Positions 20,357 through 28,752 of a stretch of 59,827 bases of DNA are shown piece by piece; the stretch's first letter is position 1; every line of letters begins with the position of its first letter. Both the position numbers and the translations under genes were made by a program. Source of the stretch: a virus (lineage: Duplodnaviria; Caudoviricetes); IMG/VR virus record IMGVR_UViG_3300042292_000091, positions 1-59,827 of that record; one strand, written 5' to 3'. The notes below the pieces were generated by a model, which was not told the origin of the DNA, ran no database searches, and worked only from the letters and a program-made list of their open reading frames with translations.

Positions 20357-21028
20357 TCACATCTCCTTTGCTACTGCCAACCATTCATCGGCGTATTCAA
20401 CATCTGCCCAATCTTTAAACCACGGACCACCTCGGGTGAAGTGGACAGCGACAGGGTTCGGACAATCGTTTCTCGTATGCCATCCCTCAAGATAGTTGTA
20501 GGCTATGGGTAACTCCCCAATACAGGCGTCCCATAAGAACCGCAGTTGATGTAAGTACATCCCGCTCTCACGGTTGACTAACTCAGGCGTCACCGCCTTC
20601 ATGTGTAGATGCTCACAGTTAAAGAGGATCAGGCTCGACCAATTCTTGCGTGGATATTGGTGTTGTATCGCACCGTCCATCTTGGTTGTTTCCTTCGGCT
20701 TGTAGTCATGCTTGACCACCATCGCGCCGTAGTAGGGATTGGCATAGTCCATCAGCCCTGCAACGTCTCCTCGCCAGAAGAAGTCACAGTCCATAAACAC
20801 CGCCCACCCCTTGTATCCTGCAAGATACGGCACGAGGAACCGGGTAAACGAAAACTCTGTCGATGACAGCGCATCATGCTCACGCCAGTACAGGTTCTTC
20901 TCCCGCATCTCCTGCTGCTTGATGGGCTGTATGTCTAACGGAACAGATGTGTACCGTAGCAACGACTCTTTGCATACCTGATACGCAATGTCCTCGCGGC
21001 TATCCCAACCAATAAAAATTTTCATCAC
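20357..21028 (-). CDS. GT-A fold glycosyltransferase (GT8-like)
   Basis: IFIGWDSRE, STEFSFTRFLVP, FMDCD (DxD), YPRKNWSS, HFTRGGPW. Confidence 0.85.
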   Translation of the reverse strand: MMKIFIGWDSREDIAYQVCKESLLRYTSVPLDIQPIKQQEMREKNLYWREHDALSSTEFSFTRFLVPYLAGYKGWAVFMDCDFFWRGDVAGLMDYANPYYGAMVVKHDYKPKETTKMDGAIQHQYPRKNWSSLILFNCEHLHMKAVTPELVNRESGMYLHQLRFLWDACIGELPIAYNYLEGWHTRNDCPNPVAVHFTRGGPWFKDWADVEYADEWLAVAKEM

Positions 21029-22941
21029 GCCACCTCAAATGCTTCTTTTCGATTCGGGCCTTTGTAGTGCAGAACCTTGGGCGATCTGCCTTCCACAAAC
21101 TCGGGGAGACAGCCGTAATCTTCTTCACTCAAATATCCGACATTAAATTCTTCTGCCATTACAGCAAGTCGCTTCATGGCCTCCTGATCGCCGTACCACT
21201 TCCGATACTTCGGATCGATCTCCTCAAGCATCTCGTACATCTTTACCCACGGAGTAAAGTCTTTAGTCACGGTGAAACAAGCGATGATGGGATAGACCTC
21301 GTCAATCTTCTTCCCTGCATATTCATCAAACCGGATGCCGCGCTGTTCGGTAATAAAATCATAGTCTCGCTGAAAGAACCGGCGACAGAACAACACATCC
21401 TTGTCTCCCAGAAGTTCTTTAGCATCAAGTCTCTGCTGCACCAGCATATCAGTGTCGATGTACATAGCCGGGTGTGGGCAGCGGAGTCGAGCAAACGCTT
21501 TGAGCCTTGCTGTCATCAGTTCATTACGGTCGCACTCAATCTCAAACCGATGGGTCACGCCCTCGATGTGCGGAGTTGTCTTGTCCGTACACATCACAAT
21601 CTCTGCGTTAGGGTTCGTTGCCAAGATAGAGCCAACCGTTTTGCGGGGGAAATAAATGTCCTGCCCCACGTGGAAGAACACAAACGTTGTCTTGGGCGGC
21701 TCGATCTCTTCGATACCTAACTTCGCATTACGTAGTTTTCTAACATCATGAGCAACACGCAGAATCTGCCTTGTCCACGGCGTTGCCATGCTGTCACGTG
21801 GAAAAATCTTGACTGACGGATACCACAGGCTCTGTTGACCGCGCTTATTTCCCCAGTACCACAACTTGTTTGCATCAAACAGTAAAACTGGGATGCCCAT
21901 AGCCCCCGCGAAATGTACCGTCGCACTACTGACAGACACCACCACATCACACAAACTCATCAGTGCTGTGAGTCCGTTTAAATTTAAAAAGTTGTCAATA
22001 TCCTCGGCACAGATCAACTCCACACCATGTTTCTCTTTCAACTCTTGAATAGCCGGTTGAACCTGTCCGTACTGAAGATTGATGAACTTGACGTTCTCCA
22101 AATTAAAAACAGGTAATAGTTCATTCAGCCCCATGCTTTTATGAGGGCCAATCGCGGGAGCCATGCTTCCCCAAGAAACTCCTACAACAAAGTCTTCGGG
22201 CTTGATGCCGAATCGTTTCCGCAGTTCGTTCGCCTTTTCTTCGTCGGGCTTTAAAAAATTAACCGCTCGGTGTCGTTCAAAATCTTCTAGCCCATTGATG
22301 AAGTGACTGCCCAAACTAGCAATCGGAATGTGCGAGTCGTGATCCTCGTCCATGACTCTTGTGTTACCCGGCTCGAAATTGATCTCAGGCATAGAGCGTT
22401 GGTAAATCGGCAGCAAACGGAAATCAATCAGCATCGTGACTTTATCAACGTGCTTCGCCAACTCCCGCAGCAAAGATGAGTAAATAACCACATCACCCAC
22501 GCCTTGCTCAGGCCACACCAGCACAGACTTATAACCTTTGCCGGGCTTCCACCGTGGCTTGTTGGTTTTAAGTTTGGGAGTCGTAAACTTTACAGACTGC
22601 CATCGTCGCTCATACAACGGCCAACAATCTTTAAATCTGTTTTGCTGCAAATAGAACAGACCTAGTACCCATTTAATATCCGCGCTGTTGACAGGATCCA
22701 AATAGTCAGCGGCTCTGAAATCGGCTTCGGCTTTATCCCACCGTCGCAGTTCCCAATTACAACGTCCTCGCTGTAAGTAGAAAAACGCAAGAGGACCGGT
22801 CACGTTTGTCAACGCATTAAATACTTCGTAGCATTTCTTAAAGTCGGTGTCACCGTAAGTCGATATGGCTTGATTGCCGACATCAACAAGTTCTTTGATC
22901 AGCCGATGCGATTCCTTAACTAATTGTTCGTGATCCTTCAC
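21025..22941 (-). CDS. TPR + GT-B (GT9-like) + GT-A-like fusion protein
   Basis: N-terminal TPR-like helices; EQGVGD, INLQYG, DVVVSVSSATVHFAGAMG; C-terminal YIDTD (DxD), WYGDQ, HYKG. Confidence 0.75.
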   Translation of the reverse strand: MKDHEQLVKESHRLIKELVDVGNQAISTYGDTDFKKCYEVFNALTNVTGPLAFFYLQRGRCNWELRRWDKAEADFRAADYLDPVNSADIKWVLGLFYLQQNRFKDCWPLYERRWQSVKFTTPKLKTNKPRWKPGKGYKSVLVWPEQGVGDVVIYSSLLRELAKHVDKVTMLIDFRLLPIYQRSMPEINFEPGNTRVMDEDHDSHIPIASLGSHFINGLEDFERHRAVNFLKPDEEKANELRKRFGIKPEDFVVGVSWGSMAPAIGPHKSMGLNELLPVFNLENVKFINLQYGQVQPAIQELKEKHGVELICAEDIDNFLNLNGLTALMSLCDVVVSVSSATVHFAGAMGIPVLLFDANKLWYWGNKRGQQSLWYPSVKIFPRDSMATPWTRQILRVAHDVRKLRNAKLGIEEIEPPKTTFVFFHVGQDIYFPRKTVGSILATNPNAEIVMCTDKTTPHIEGVTHRFEIECDRNELMTARLKAFARLRCPHPAMYIDTDMLVQQRLDAKELLGDKDVLFCRRFFQRDYDFITEQRGIRFDEYAGKKIDEVYPIIACFTVTKDFTPWVKMYEMLEEIDPKYRKWYGDQEAMKRLAVMAEEFNVGYLSEEDYGCLPEFVEGRSPKVLHYKGPNRKEAFEVA

Positions 22942-23054
22942 CAGTAATCCCTCCCACTACGCTTCGCTCCCCATGCCGGGGGTGGCACGTGTGCCCATTC
23001 TTTCTTACGGAACTCATCCGCACGTTTAAAGAAACCTAATAGCCACTTGATCAC
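22938..23054 (-). CDS. Small hypothetical protein (38 aa, not in ORF track)
   Basis: MIKWLLGFFKRADEFRKKEWAHVPPPAWGAKRSGRDYW fills the gap with GTGA overlaps at both ends. Confidence 0.5.
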   Translation of the reverse strand: MIKWLLGFFKRADEFRKKEWAHVPPPAWGAKRSGRDYW

Positions 23055-23692
23055 ACAGCCTCCTGCGCTACAAAGTGCAGCATGGTGAACGGGAGAGATA
23101 CCGCCGTCTTCCTGCCTTCACGTGGGTAGATCAGTACACGTGTGCCAGATTCCAACCGCATGGCATTGACCGTACCCTTCTCAATGCCTTCAAAGTCATC
23201 AAAGACAAAGATGGTGTGGTCATGGATGATGCTCGGCAGGTACTGGAAATCTTCTTCTTGAACCCTGCCATCAAAGTAGATCAGATCAATGCCAATCTTC
23301 TTGTCGGCCAAGTTCTTGAACATCTGTGTCGATGACTGCTTGGGGTATTGGAAAATGCCCGTGTCGCTTTGACTTATCTGTATCTGATTGGATACATCGC
23401 AGGTATATATCTTTGCTGACGGCATGGCCTCACGCATGGTTCGGGTAGAGACCCCGATGAACGTGCCCACTTCGGCAATAGCCTTCGGCTTAAAGAATGC
23501 CACCAATTTATAAAGTTCTACCGCATCGTCGTACGGAACTGAACCAGTGTTGTAGTCTGCGTCAACTCGCAGCCTCTGTTGTTCTTCAATAATCTTTTCG
23601 ATGGTCTCGTACGGGAAGTCATTTACCTTCTCGTCCATGATACCCCAGAAGATATTGCTAAATCGTTGTCGTCCAATCTGTACCGGATTCAT
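23051..23692 (-). CDS. Class I SAM-dependent methyltransferase
   Basis: IAEVGTFIGVST motif I, IYTCD, DLIYFDG, FVFDD. Confidence 0.8.
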   Translation of the reverse strand: MNPVQIGRQRFSNIFWGIMDEKVNDFPYETIEKIIEEQQRLRVDADYNTGSVPYDDAVELYKLVAFFKPKAIAEVGTFIGVSTRTMREAMPSAKIYTCDVSNQIQISQSDTGIFQYPKQSSTQMFKNLADKKIGIDLIYFDGRVQEEDFQYLPSIIHDHTIFVFDDFEGIEKGTVNAMRLESGTRVLIYPREGRKTAVSLPFTMLHFVAQEAV

Positions 23693-23928
23693 TTTTTAAC
23701 CCCTGTTTTAAGTGCTGAGTCTTCTCGTTCTTTAAGCATTGCATCTGCAATGACGTAAGACATCTTAGAGACTTCTTCGGGACGTAGTAAGACACCGTGG
23801 GATATGAGATATCCCTGCATGGCTTTCGCAGCCATGTAGTCTCGCAGTGTCATGCCGTGACCCCACCACTTTAGACGTTCGCCTTCCAACTGTGGGAAAG
23901 CAAACTCATTCTTAGGCTTACCACTCAC
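23689..23928 (-). CDS. Conserved small phage protein
   Basis: AFP...GMTLRDYMAAKAMQG...SYVIADAMLKER, a common phage motif; GAGGTAG SD upstream. Confidence 0.75.
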   Translation of the reverse strand: MSGKPKNEFAFPQLEGERLKWWGHGMTLRDYMAAKAMQGYLISHGVLLRPEEVSKMSYVIADAMLKEREDSALKTGVKK

Positions 23929-23946
23929 TTTGCTACCTCAATAAAA

Positions 23947-24533
23947 ACCTTACCAAACCAGACCGTGCCCCGCCTTACCCGACCATGCCCGACCCCACCA
24001 CGCCACGCCGTACCCCACCTTGCCAGACCTAGCCTAACCCGACCATGCCTCGCTACGCCGTACCAAACCTCACCAAACCCGACCAGACCCTACCCGACCC
24101 GACCTGACCCTACCAAACCCCGCCGCGCCGCGCCTTGCCGGACCTGACCCGACCACAAATAAAAATTTCTTGCCAGAGAAACCAAACCCTACCAAGCCCC
24201 ACCTTACCGCGCCCGACCCCGCCCCGCAGGACCACACCAGATAAAAAATTTCTCGCCAGAGAAACCAAACCGAACCTCACCGCGCCCCACCATGCCCCAC
24301 CTAACCTCACCACACCCGACCGAGCCACGCCGAGCCTGACCGCGCCACGCCTCATCAAATAAAAATTTCTCGCCAGAGAAACCGTACCCTACCGAGCCAT
24401 ACCCTACCCGACACGACCTAGCCACGCCGCGCCATACCGTGCCTGACCAAACCTGACCTCACCAAACCCGACCTCACCGGGGCGCACCGTGCCAGACCCT
24501 ACCCAACCTCGCCAGACCGCGCCAGACCTGATC
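23947..24533 (-). ncRNA. Array of phased GGY-NN pentamer tracts with hairpin separators (putative guide RNAs, VIPR-like)
   Basis: Plus strand RCC every 5 nt: tracts 23947-24154 (42 units), 24181-24238 (12), 24264-24351 (18), 24381-24528 (30); 4 of 102 triplets deviate; begins right after the stop of the RAMP-like gene. Confidence 0.8.
24157..24383 (-). repeat. Three copies of separator GGTTTCTCTGGCRAGAAATTTTT(T)AT
   Basis: Plus-strand copies at about 24157-24183, 24241-24266 and 24357-24383; hairpin TTTCTC-TGGC-GAGAAA plus T tract. Confidence 0.9.
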
Positions 24534-24538
24534 TCAAA

Positions 24539-25114
24539 TTAAACTTCCTTAAAACTCGTCACTCTAAAAGTCCCAAAGGGACCACGTTTCTCTGGCCTAA
24601 AATCACCGATACCCATGCTCTCACCCGCTTCATTCAGCAGACGATGTGCGTCCTCAGACGAGAGCATTTGATCATTCAGAATTAAACGGAACTTCGCGCC
24701 CCATTTATCGAATCGGGGGCGATAACGCATCACCCGACCCTTGGTTGCAGGGATCGTGACCGGACGGCCATCAACCTCAAAGTTCCCTGCCGGTTTACCG
24801 TCTTCACCCAAGATGGTGATGGTGTCTGTGTCAATACGCACAGCAGACGGAACAACAAATTTTAGAGTCTTACGCGAACCGCGCATTTTGTGGTTCACGC
24901 CCGCGTTCGCCATCGTTGCAGGGATAGAGAAAGCATTAAAGTAGTATGTTCCATCCTGCGCGATGTAAGCATTCTTCGTCGCCTCGTCTCGCGGATTCAT
25001 ACTATCGACCATCACACGACGGGTCGCCTTGCCTTGCTCTGCCTGTTCCGCAAACTTGTGGATCAAGAGCGGAGTGTTACCACGGATTTCAACTTCAATC
25101 GTCTTCATGTTCAT
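24539..25114 (-). CDS. Stand-alone RAMP/Cas7-like RNA-binding protein (191 aa; Vipr-like)
   Basis: N-terminal strand IEVEIRGNTPLLIH, YYFNAFSIPATM, RYRPRFDKWGAKFRL, C-terminal Gly-rich loop GIGDFRPEKRGPFGTFRV; adjacent to pentamer array. Confidence 0.7.
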   Translation of the reverse strand: MNMKTIEVEIRGNTPLLIHKFAEQAEQGKATRRVMVDSMNPRDEATKNAYIAQDGTYYFNAFSIPATMANAGVNHKMRGSRKTLKFVVPSAVRIDTDTITILGEDGKPAGNFEVDGRPVTIPATKGRVMRYRPRFDKWGAKFRLILNDQMLSSEDAHRLLNEAGESMGIGDFRPEKRGPFGTFRVTSFKEV

Positions 25115-25123
25115 TACCTCTGT

Positions 25124-25519
25124 TTAAGCGCGTTCGCGGATTGCGATTTCGCGTGTCAAATAAAACTGTGCTTTCTTCAAGTCCTCGACCGGATCGGCTC
25201 CGACCTTCTTACCGGCGCGGCTCACATACTTCACCACGTTAAAAAGGTAAGCGTTCTCAGTCAGACCTTTTGCTTCTGCGTAGTCTAGAAAGTCTACGCC
25301 CCCGACTGTGTAGTGCGGCGGCTTGTTCACAAGATCAGGCTTGTTTTCTAGTACGTTGAGTGCGGCCTTTGTTTCTCGCACCGCCTCCATAATCTTTGAT
25401 GACTTATTCTTCGACCGCACGGTATACACGTACTGCGGCTTTACCTTTGCGATCTTTGCTATTTCCTTGACCGACTTCCCCGACTGCAACAACTTTAAAA
25501 TCTGCCTTGACTTCGACAT
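25124..25519 (-). CDS. HTH + DUF3310-like protein
   Basis: GKSVKEIAKIAKVKPQYVY HTH; VNKPPHY...FNVVKYVSRAGKK...EDLKKAQFYL. Confidence 0.8.
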   Translation of the reverse strand: MSKSRQILKLLQSGKSVKEIAKIAKVKPQYVYTVRSKNKSSKIMEAVRETKAALNVLENKPDLVNKPPHYTVGGVDFLDYAEAKGLTENAYLFNVVKYVSRAGKKVGADPVEDLKKAQFYLTREIAIRERA

Positions 25520-25799
25520 AACTTAATATCTCCTTGCGTAGGTTCTCTACGTTTGTCTCATCTATCACTACTGCGATGCCACCGGCTTTACGTATGTCAT
25601 CGTGATGCTTCAGTTGAAGCGCGGTGGGCTTTCCACCGTTTGCTTTACACTCTATACCATAAAACAACCCGGCGATACAAATAATAAAATCGGGTGCGCC
25701 AGAAGAAGAGAAGCCAGTTCCTATCGGCATCGTGTAGTACGCGCCGAGTTCATTGAGAATCTCCTTCACTCGTTTCTTTACTCGTCCTTCCGGTGTCAT
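25404..25799 (-). CDS. VRR-NUC nuclease
   Basis: MTPEGRVK, GAPDFI, GIECKANGGKPTALQ, GGIAVVID. Confidence 0.85.
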   Translation of the reverse strand: MTPEGRVKKRVKEILNELGAYYTMPIGTGFSSSGAPDFIICIAGLFYGIECKANGGKPTALQLKHHDDIRKAGGIAVVIDETNVENLRKEILSYVEVKADFKVVAVGEVGQGNSKDRKGKAAVRVYRAVEE

Positions 25800-26154
25800 G
25801 CTCTACCTTCCTATAAATGCCATTAGTTAATGGCATCCCTCTAAGTTCATTTAAAAGTTTTTCGCTGATGACAAACTGATACCACGTGTCATCAAGCCTC
25901 CAACCTACATCCTCTAATACTTCGGGGATGTCTACGACCTCAAACGCTTTACTGTCTATTGAATGAATCAACACCAACTTCTCTTTGATCTCGGTTGGCA
26001 AGTCCTTGAGCGGGAATTGCCTGTTATACTTTTTATCTACGTAAATAACGAAATGGTCGGACGGCGTTCTCTTCACGTAAACAACCCAATGCCCCGGCCA
26101 GATAGCATCTTTAACCGGAGCCAAGGATGTTGGATCGCCCTTCTCCTCGCGCAT
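25750..26154 (-). CDS. Hypothetical protein
   Basis: 134-aa ORF in operon. Confidence 0.55.
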   Translation of the reverse strand: MREEKGDPTSLAPVKDAIWPGHWVVYVKRTPSDHFVIYVDKKYNRQFPLKDLPTEIKEKLVLIHSIDSKAFEVVDIPEVLEDVGWRLDDTWYQFVISEKLLNELRGMPLTNGIYRKVEHDTGRTSKETSEGDSQ

Positions 26155-26157
26155 ACA

Positions 26158-27207
26158 TCACCGGGGAAGAAGTAAGCATTGGTTCATATCTACCTCGTCG
26201 GTGCTTGATGAGTACGCACCCATCTCCTGCCAGAACGTCGAGATTGTTACTTCGGGAATTATCTGAGCCGATGCTCGGTGTGTCTTCAACATCATTAAAG
26301 AGTATTCCAACTGACGCTGATACTCTTCGGGAACCTTACTCAGTGACTTGTACCATTTAAAAGGTACAGTCTCCTTGACGTAGTTAAACCGATTACCGAA
26401 CGGCAACTCGTCGTCGGCAATGAACTTGTCCATCGCTTCAATCATAGGCTCGGGGCTAATCGCGCCCAGTAGTACGCCGCCGTTAAAGTTGGGGCAATAC
26501 ATCCACTTCTCACCGTCAAAGAAGTCCTTAGACTTGTCGATAGATTCCCTAAATTTATTGCGTTTAGTCGTGTAGTTAGAGTAATGCGTGTCAAATTCTT
26601 GACGCATGGACGACGGCATCTCCAACATGGTCACTTCATTCGCTGCCAACTTAGCCAGAAATGTTTGCAGATTCTCAGTCAATTTGTTCATCGGAAACTG
26701 TGGCTGCGAACTGATGCCGTGTCCGTAGTTTCTGTCAATAAGATCATCAACGATGTCACGCAACTTTGTGGACAAACCGTTTTGTGCGTTACCAATACTT
26801 CTAATCAACGAGTCTGCGGCATCATGCGACGATTCTGGTTTGAGTTTACTCTGCAAATACCGGGGGTTCGCTGTACCTATTTGATGGCGGGTAGCACCGA
26901 CATTGAACGCACCCCAAGGGGTATATAAGTTTAGCGTACCCCCGTCTCCGACTTTGCCGGTAATACTAAATTTGCAGATTTTCATACCAAGAGAAGAGAC
27001 CATCTCTATTGCATAGACTTGCCCGGTCTGGAATGTTTCCACGTGACCGATAAATGCCTTGCCACCCGAATAGTTGTAGACACAAGCAACGCTGCCAAAC
27101 AACGGGCTTGTAGTAACTGCTTGAACTAGATCGTGAGGCAATGGGTTGTACTTCTCCTTGAAAAACAAATCACCCACATTGAACTTAACCTTCTCCTTCT
27201 TCGCCAT
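26158..27207 (-). CDS. Hypothetical protein (349 aa)
   Basis: Long ORF with GAGGTAG SD. Confidence 0.7.
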   Translation of the reverse strand: MAKKEKVKFNVGDLFFKEKYNPLPHDLVQAVTTSPLFGSVACVYNYSGGKAFIGHVETFQTGQVYAIEMVSSLGMKICKFSITGKVGDGGTLNLYTPWGAFNVGATRHQIGTANPRYLQSKLKPESSHDAADSLIRSIGNAQNGLSTKLRDIVDDLIDRNYGHGISSQPQFPMNKLTENLQTFLAKLAANEVTMLEMPSSMRQEFDTHYSNYTTKRNKFRESIDKSKDFFDGEKWMYCPNFNGGVLLGAISPEPMIEAMDKFIADDELPFGNRFNYVKETVPFKWYKSLSKVPEEYQRQLEYSLMMLKTHRASAQIIPEVTISTFWQEMGAYSSSTDEVDMNQCLLLPR

Positions 27208-27219
27208 GACTGCTACCTC

Positions 27220-27345
27220 TTAACTGATGAAGATATAGAAAACTAATACACCAAACAGACAACTAAAGAAGCCATGCCGGAAAGCAGAGTAATACACTCT
27301 CTTCACTTCATAGTTTACCTGTCTTATCAACTCTTCGTCGCTCAT
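27220..27345 (-). CDS. Small membrane protein (41 aa, not in ORF track)
   Basis: MSDEELIRQVNYEVKRVYYSAFRHGFFSCLFGVLVFYIFIS; GGAG upstream; fills gap. Confidence 0.5.
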   Translation of the reverse strand: MSDEELIRQVNYEVKRVYYSAFRHGFFSCLFGVLVFYIFIS

Positions 27346-27356
27346 GCTCTTTCTCC

Positions 27357-28550
27357 TTACGCTTTCATCACCACACGCTTGTTACCGTTCGGCGGCACGA
27401 ATGACTCGCGGCCACCCTCTTTGATCACCCAGATCGACGGGATCGGGGTCTGCCATGTCACCGGGTCTTCTACGTAACCGTCCGTGAACACGATCATGCA
27501 GTCTGCGTTAATACGATTCTTAACGATGTAGTCACTGACACAGCCCGCACGAGTACCGCCACCACCCAAAGGCTTGAGCATCCGATTGATCTCTGAGTAG
27601 TTACCCTCAAAGACTTGCTCACCATGCACCTCGGTGTCCCACCACAACACACGGATACGCTCGGGCGGCAAGGTATCGCACAGTTCTTGGATACGTGATG
27701 CGACCTTGGCAATGTCCTTGTTGTTGATCGACCCTGACGTATCGACCGCCAGAATGACCTCACCGATTGTTTCGTTGATCGTGCTAGGCAGATAGTGTCC
27801 ATCGGCTAAACGATTCTTATTGAACCGCCGCCATGTGAACTCATCCGACCCGCGCACATTGGCAGTCCAGAAGTCCTGCAACACCTCGCGCCAATCAATC
27901 TCGGGCTTCATCAAATCTTGAATGGCTCGGGGAATGTTCGCCCCAAACCGACCGGCCAACGTACCACCTTGGTGTATGGCTTCATCAACCTTGCTACCCA
28001 ATTTCTCCAAATCACCCGGCTCCATGCCTTCGACTAGATCATCTCCATGATCATCGAACGATTCTTGTGGACGACCTCCGCCGCCTCCCTGCTCTTGCTC
28101 TTGTTTAAGATAGTCATACACACGACGGACAGACCAATCGTGGAACATCGGATCGTAGTAACAACCCGCCGGTAACTTGCACAACTTCTTGTCTTGAATG
28201 TTTGTGATGATGTCGTTCACCACATAGTCCATCGCAATGTTGGCTAGTTTCTTGTCTTTCTTCATCAAGTCCTTGTGACGGGGAATGTGCTTGAGCATCA
28301 CGTGCAGAGTCTCATGCAGCACAACACCGGCAATCTCTTCGTCAGTCAGTGTCTCCAAAAACTTTCTACCGTATCGTTTGTTCAAGCCATCGGTGTACGC
28401 TGTCGGACACTGCCGCTCGTCATCAACAAGGGAAGTCTCACCCATTAGGATGACACCGCCGTATAAGCAAGTCTCAGGATGGCGAATTAGTTTAATGTTC
28501 GCCTTCTTCAACCGCGTTTCTAGATCGACTTCACGCACGACTGCGTTCAT
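27357..28550 (-). CDS. Metallopeptidase (HExxH) + VWA domain protein (DUF2201-like)
   Basis: TAYTDG, VLHETLH, DTSGS MIDAS, GGGGT, FTDGY. Confidence 0.85.
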   Translation of the reverse strand: MNAVVREVDLETRLKKANIKLIRHPETCLYGGVILMGETSLVDDERQCPTAYTDGLNKRYGRKFLETLTDEEIAGVVLHETLHVMLKHIPRHKDLMKKDKKLANIAMDYVVNDIITNIQDKKLCKLPAGCYYDPMFHDWSVRRVYDYLKQEQEQGGGGGRPQESFDDHGDDLVEGMEPGDLEKLGSKVDEAIHQGGTLAGRFGANIPRAIQDLMKPEIDWREVLQDFWTANVRGSDEFTWRRFNKNRLADGHYLPSTINETIGEVILAVDTSGSINNKDIAKVASRIQELCDTLPPERIRVLWWDTEVHGEQVFEGNYSEINRMLKPLGGGGTRAGCVSDYIVKNRINADCMIVFTDGYVEDPVTWQTPIPSIWVIKEGGRESFVPPNGNKRVVMKA

Positions 28551-28741
28551 AACTCCACCTCACTTTGTTTGACTATGATCTTGTACCCAAGTTCCTTGAT
28601 CATGAACAATTCCCGCCGACTAAATGTTCGTCGATGGGACAGCCTCGCCAGAATCGTTGACTTAGGACACTCTGGATAAAACCTTTCTGTGCCATAGACC
28701 TCACGCTTGGTGATGACTATCTGCATTTGATCGTCATTCAT
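28547..28741 (-). CDS. Small hypothetical protein
   Basis: EVYGTERFYPEC motif; ATGA coupling. Confidence 0.6.
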   Translation of the reverse strand: MNDDQMQIVITKREVYGTERFYPECPKSTILARLSHRRTFSRRELFMIKELGYKIIVKQSEVEL

Positions 28742-28752
28742 TAGTCTCTACC

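Noticed and set aside
24157-24383. Canonical CRISPR array
   Set aside because: Only three repeats; intervening tracts range from about 58 to 208 nt and are themselves periodic; no cas1/cas2
23965-24425. Four ORF-track entries over the pentamer array (P/R/T-rich or G/V/R-rich)
   Set aside because: By-products of 5-nt periodicity, which is out of phase with codons; low-complexity translations and no SD
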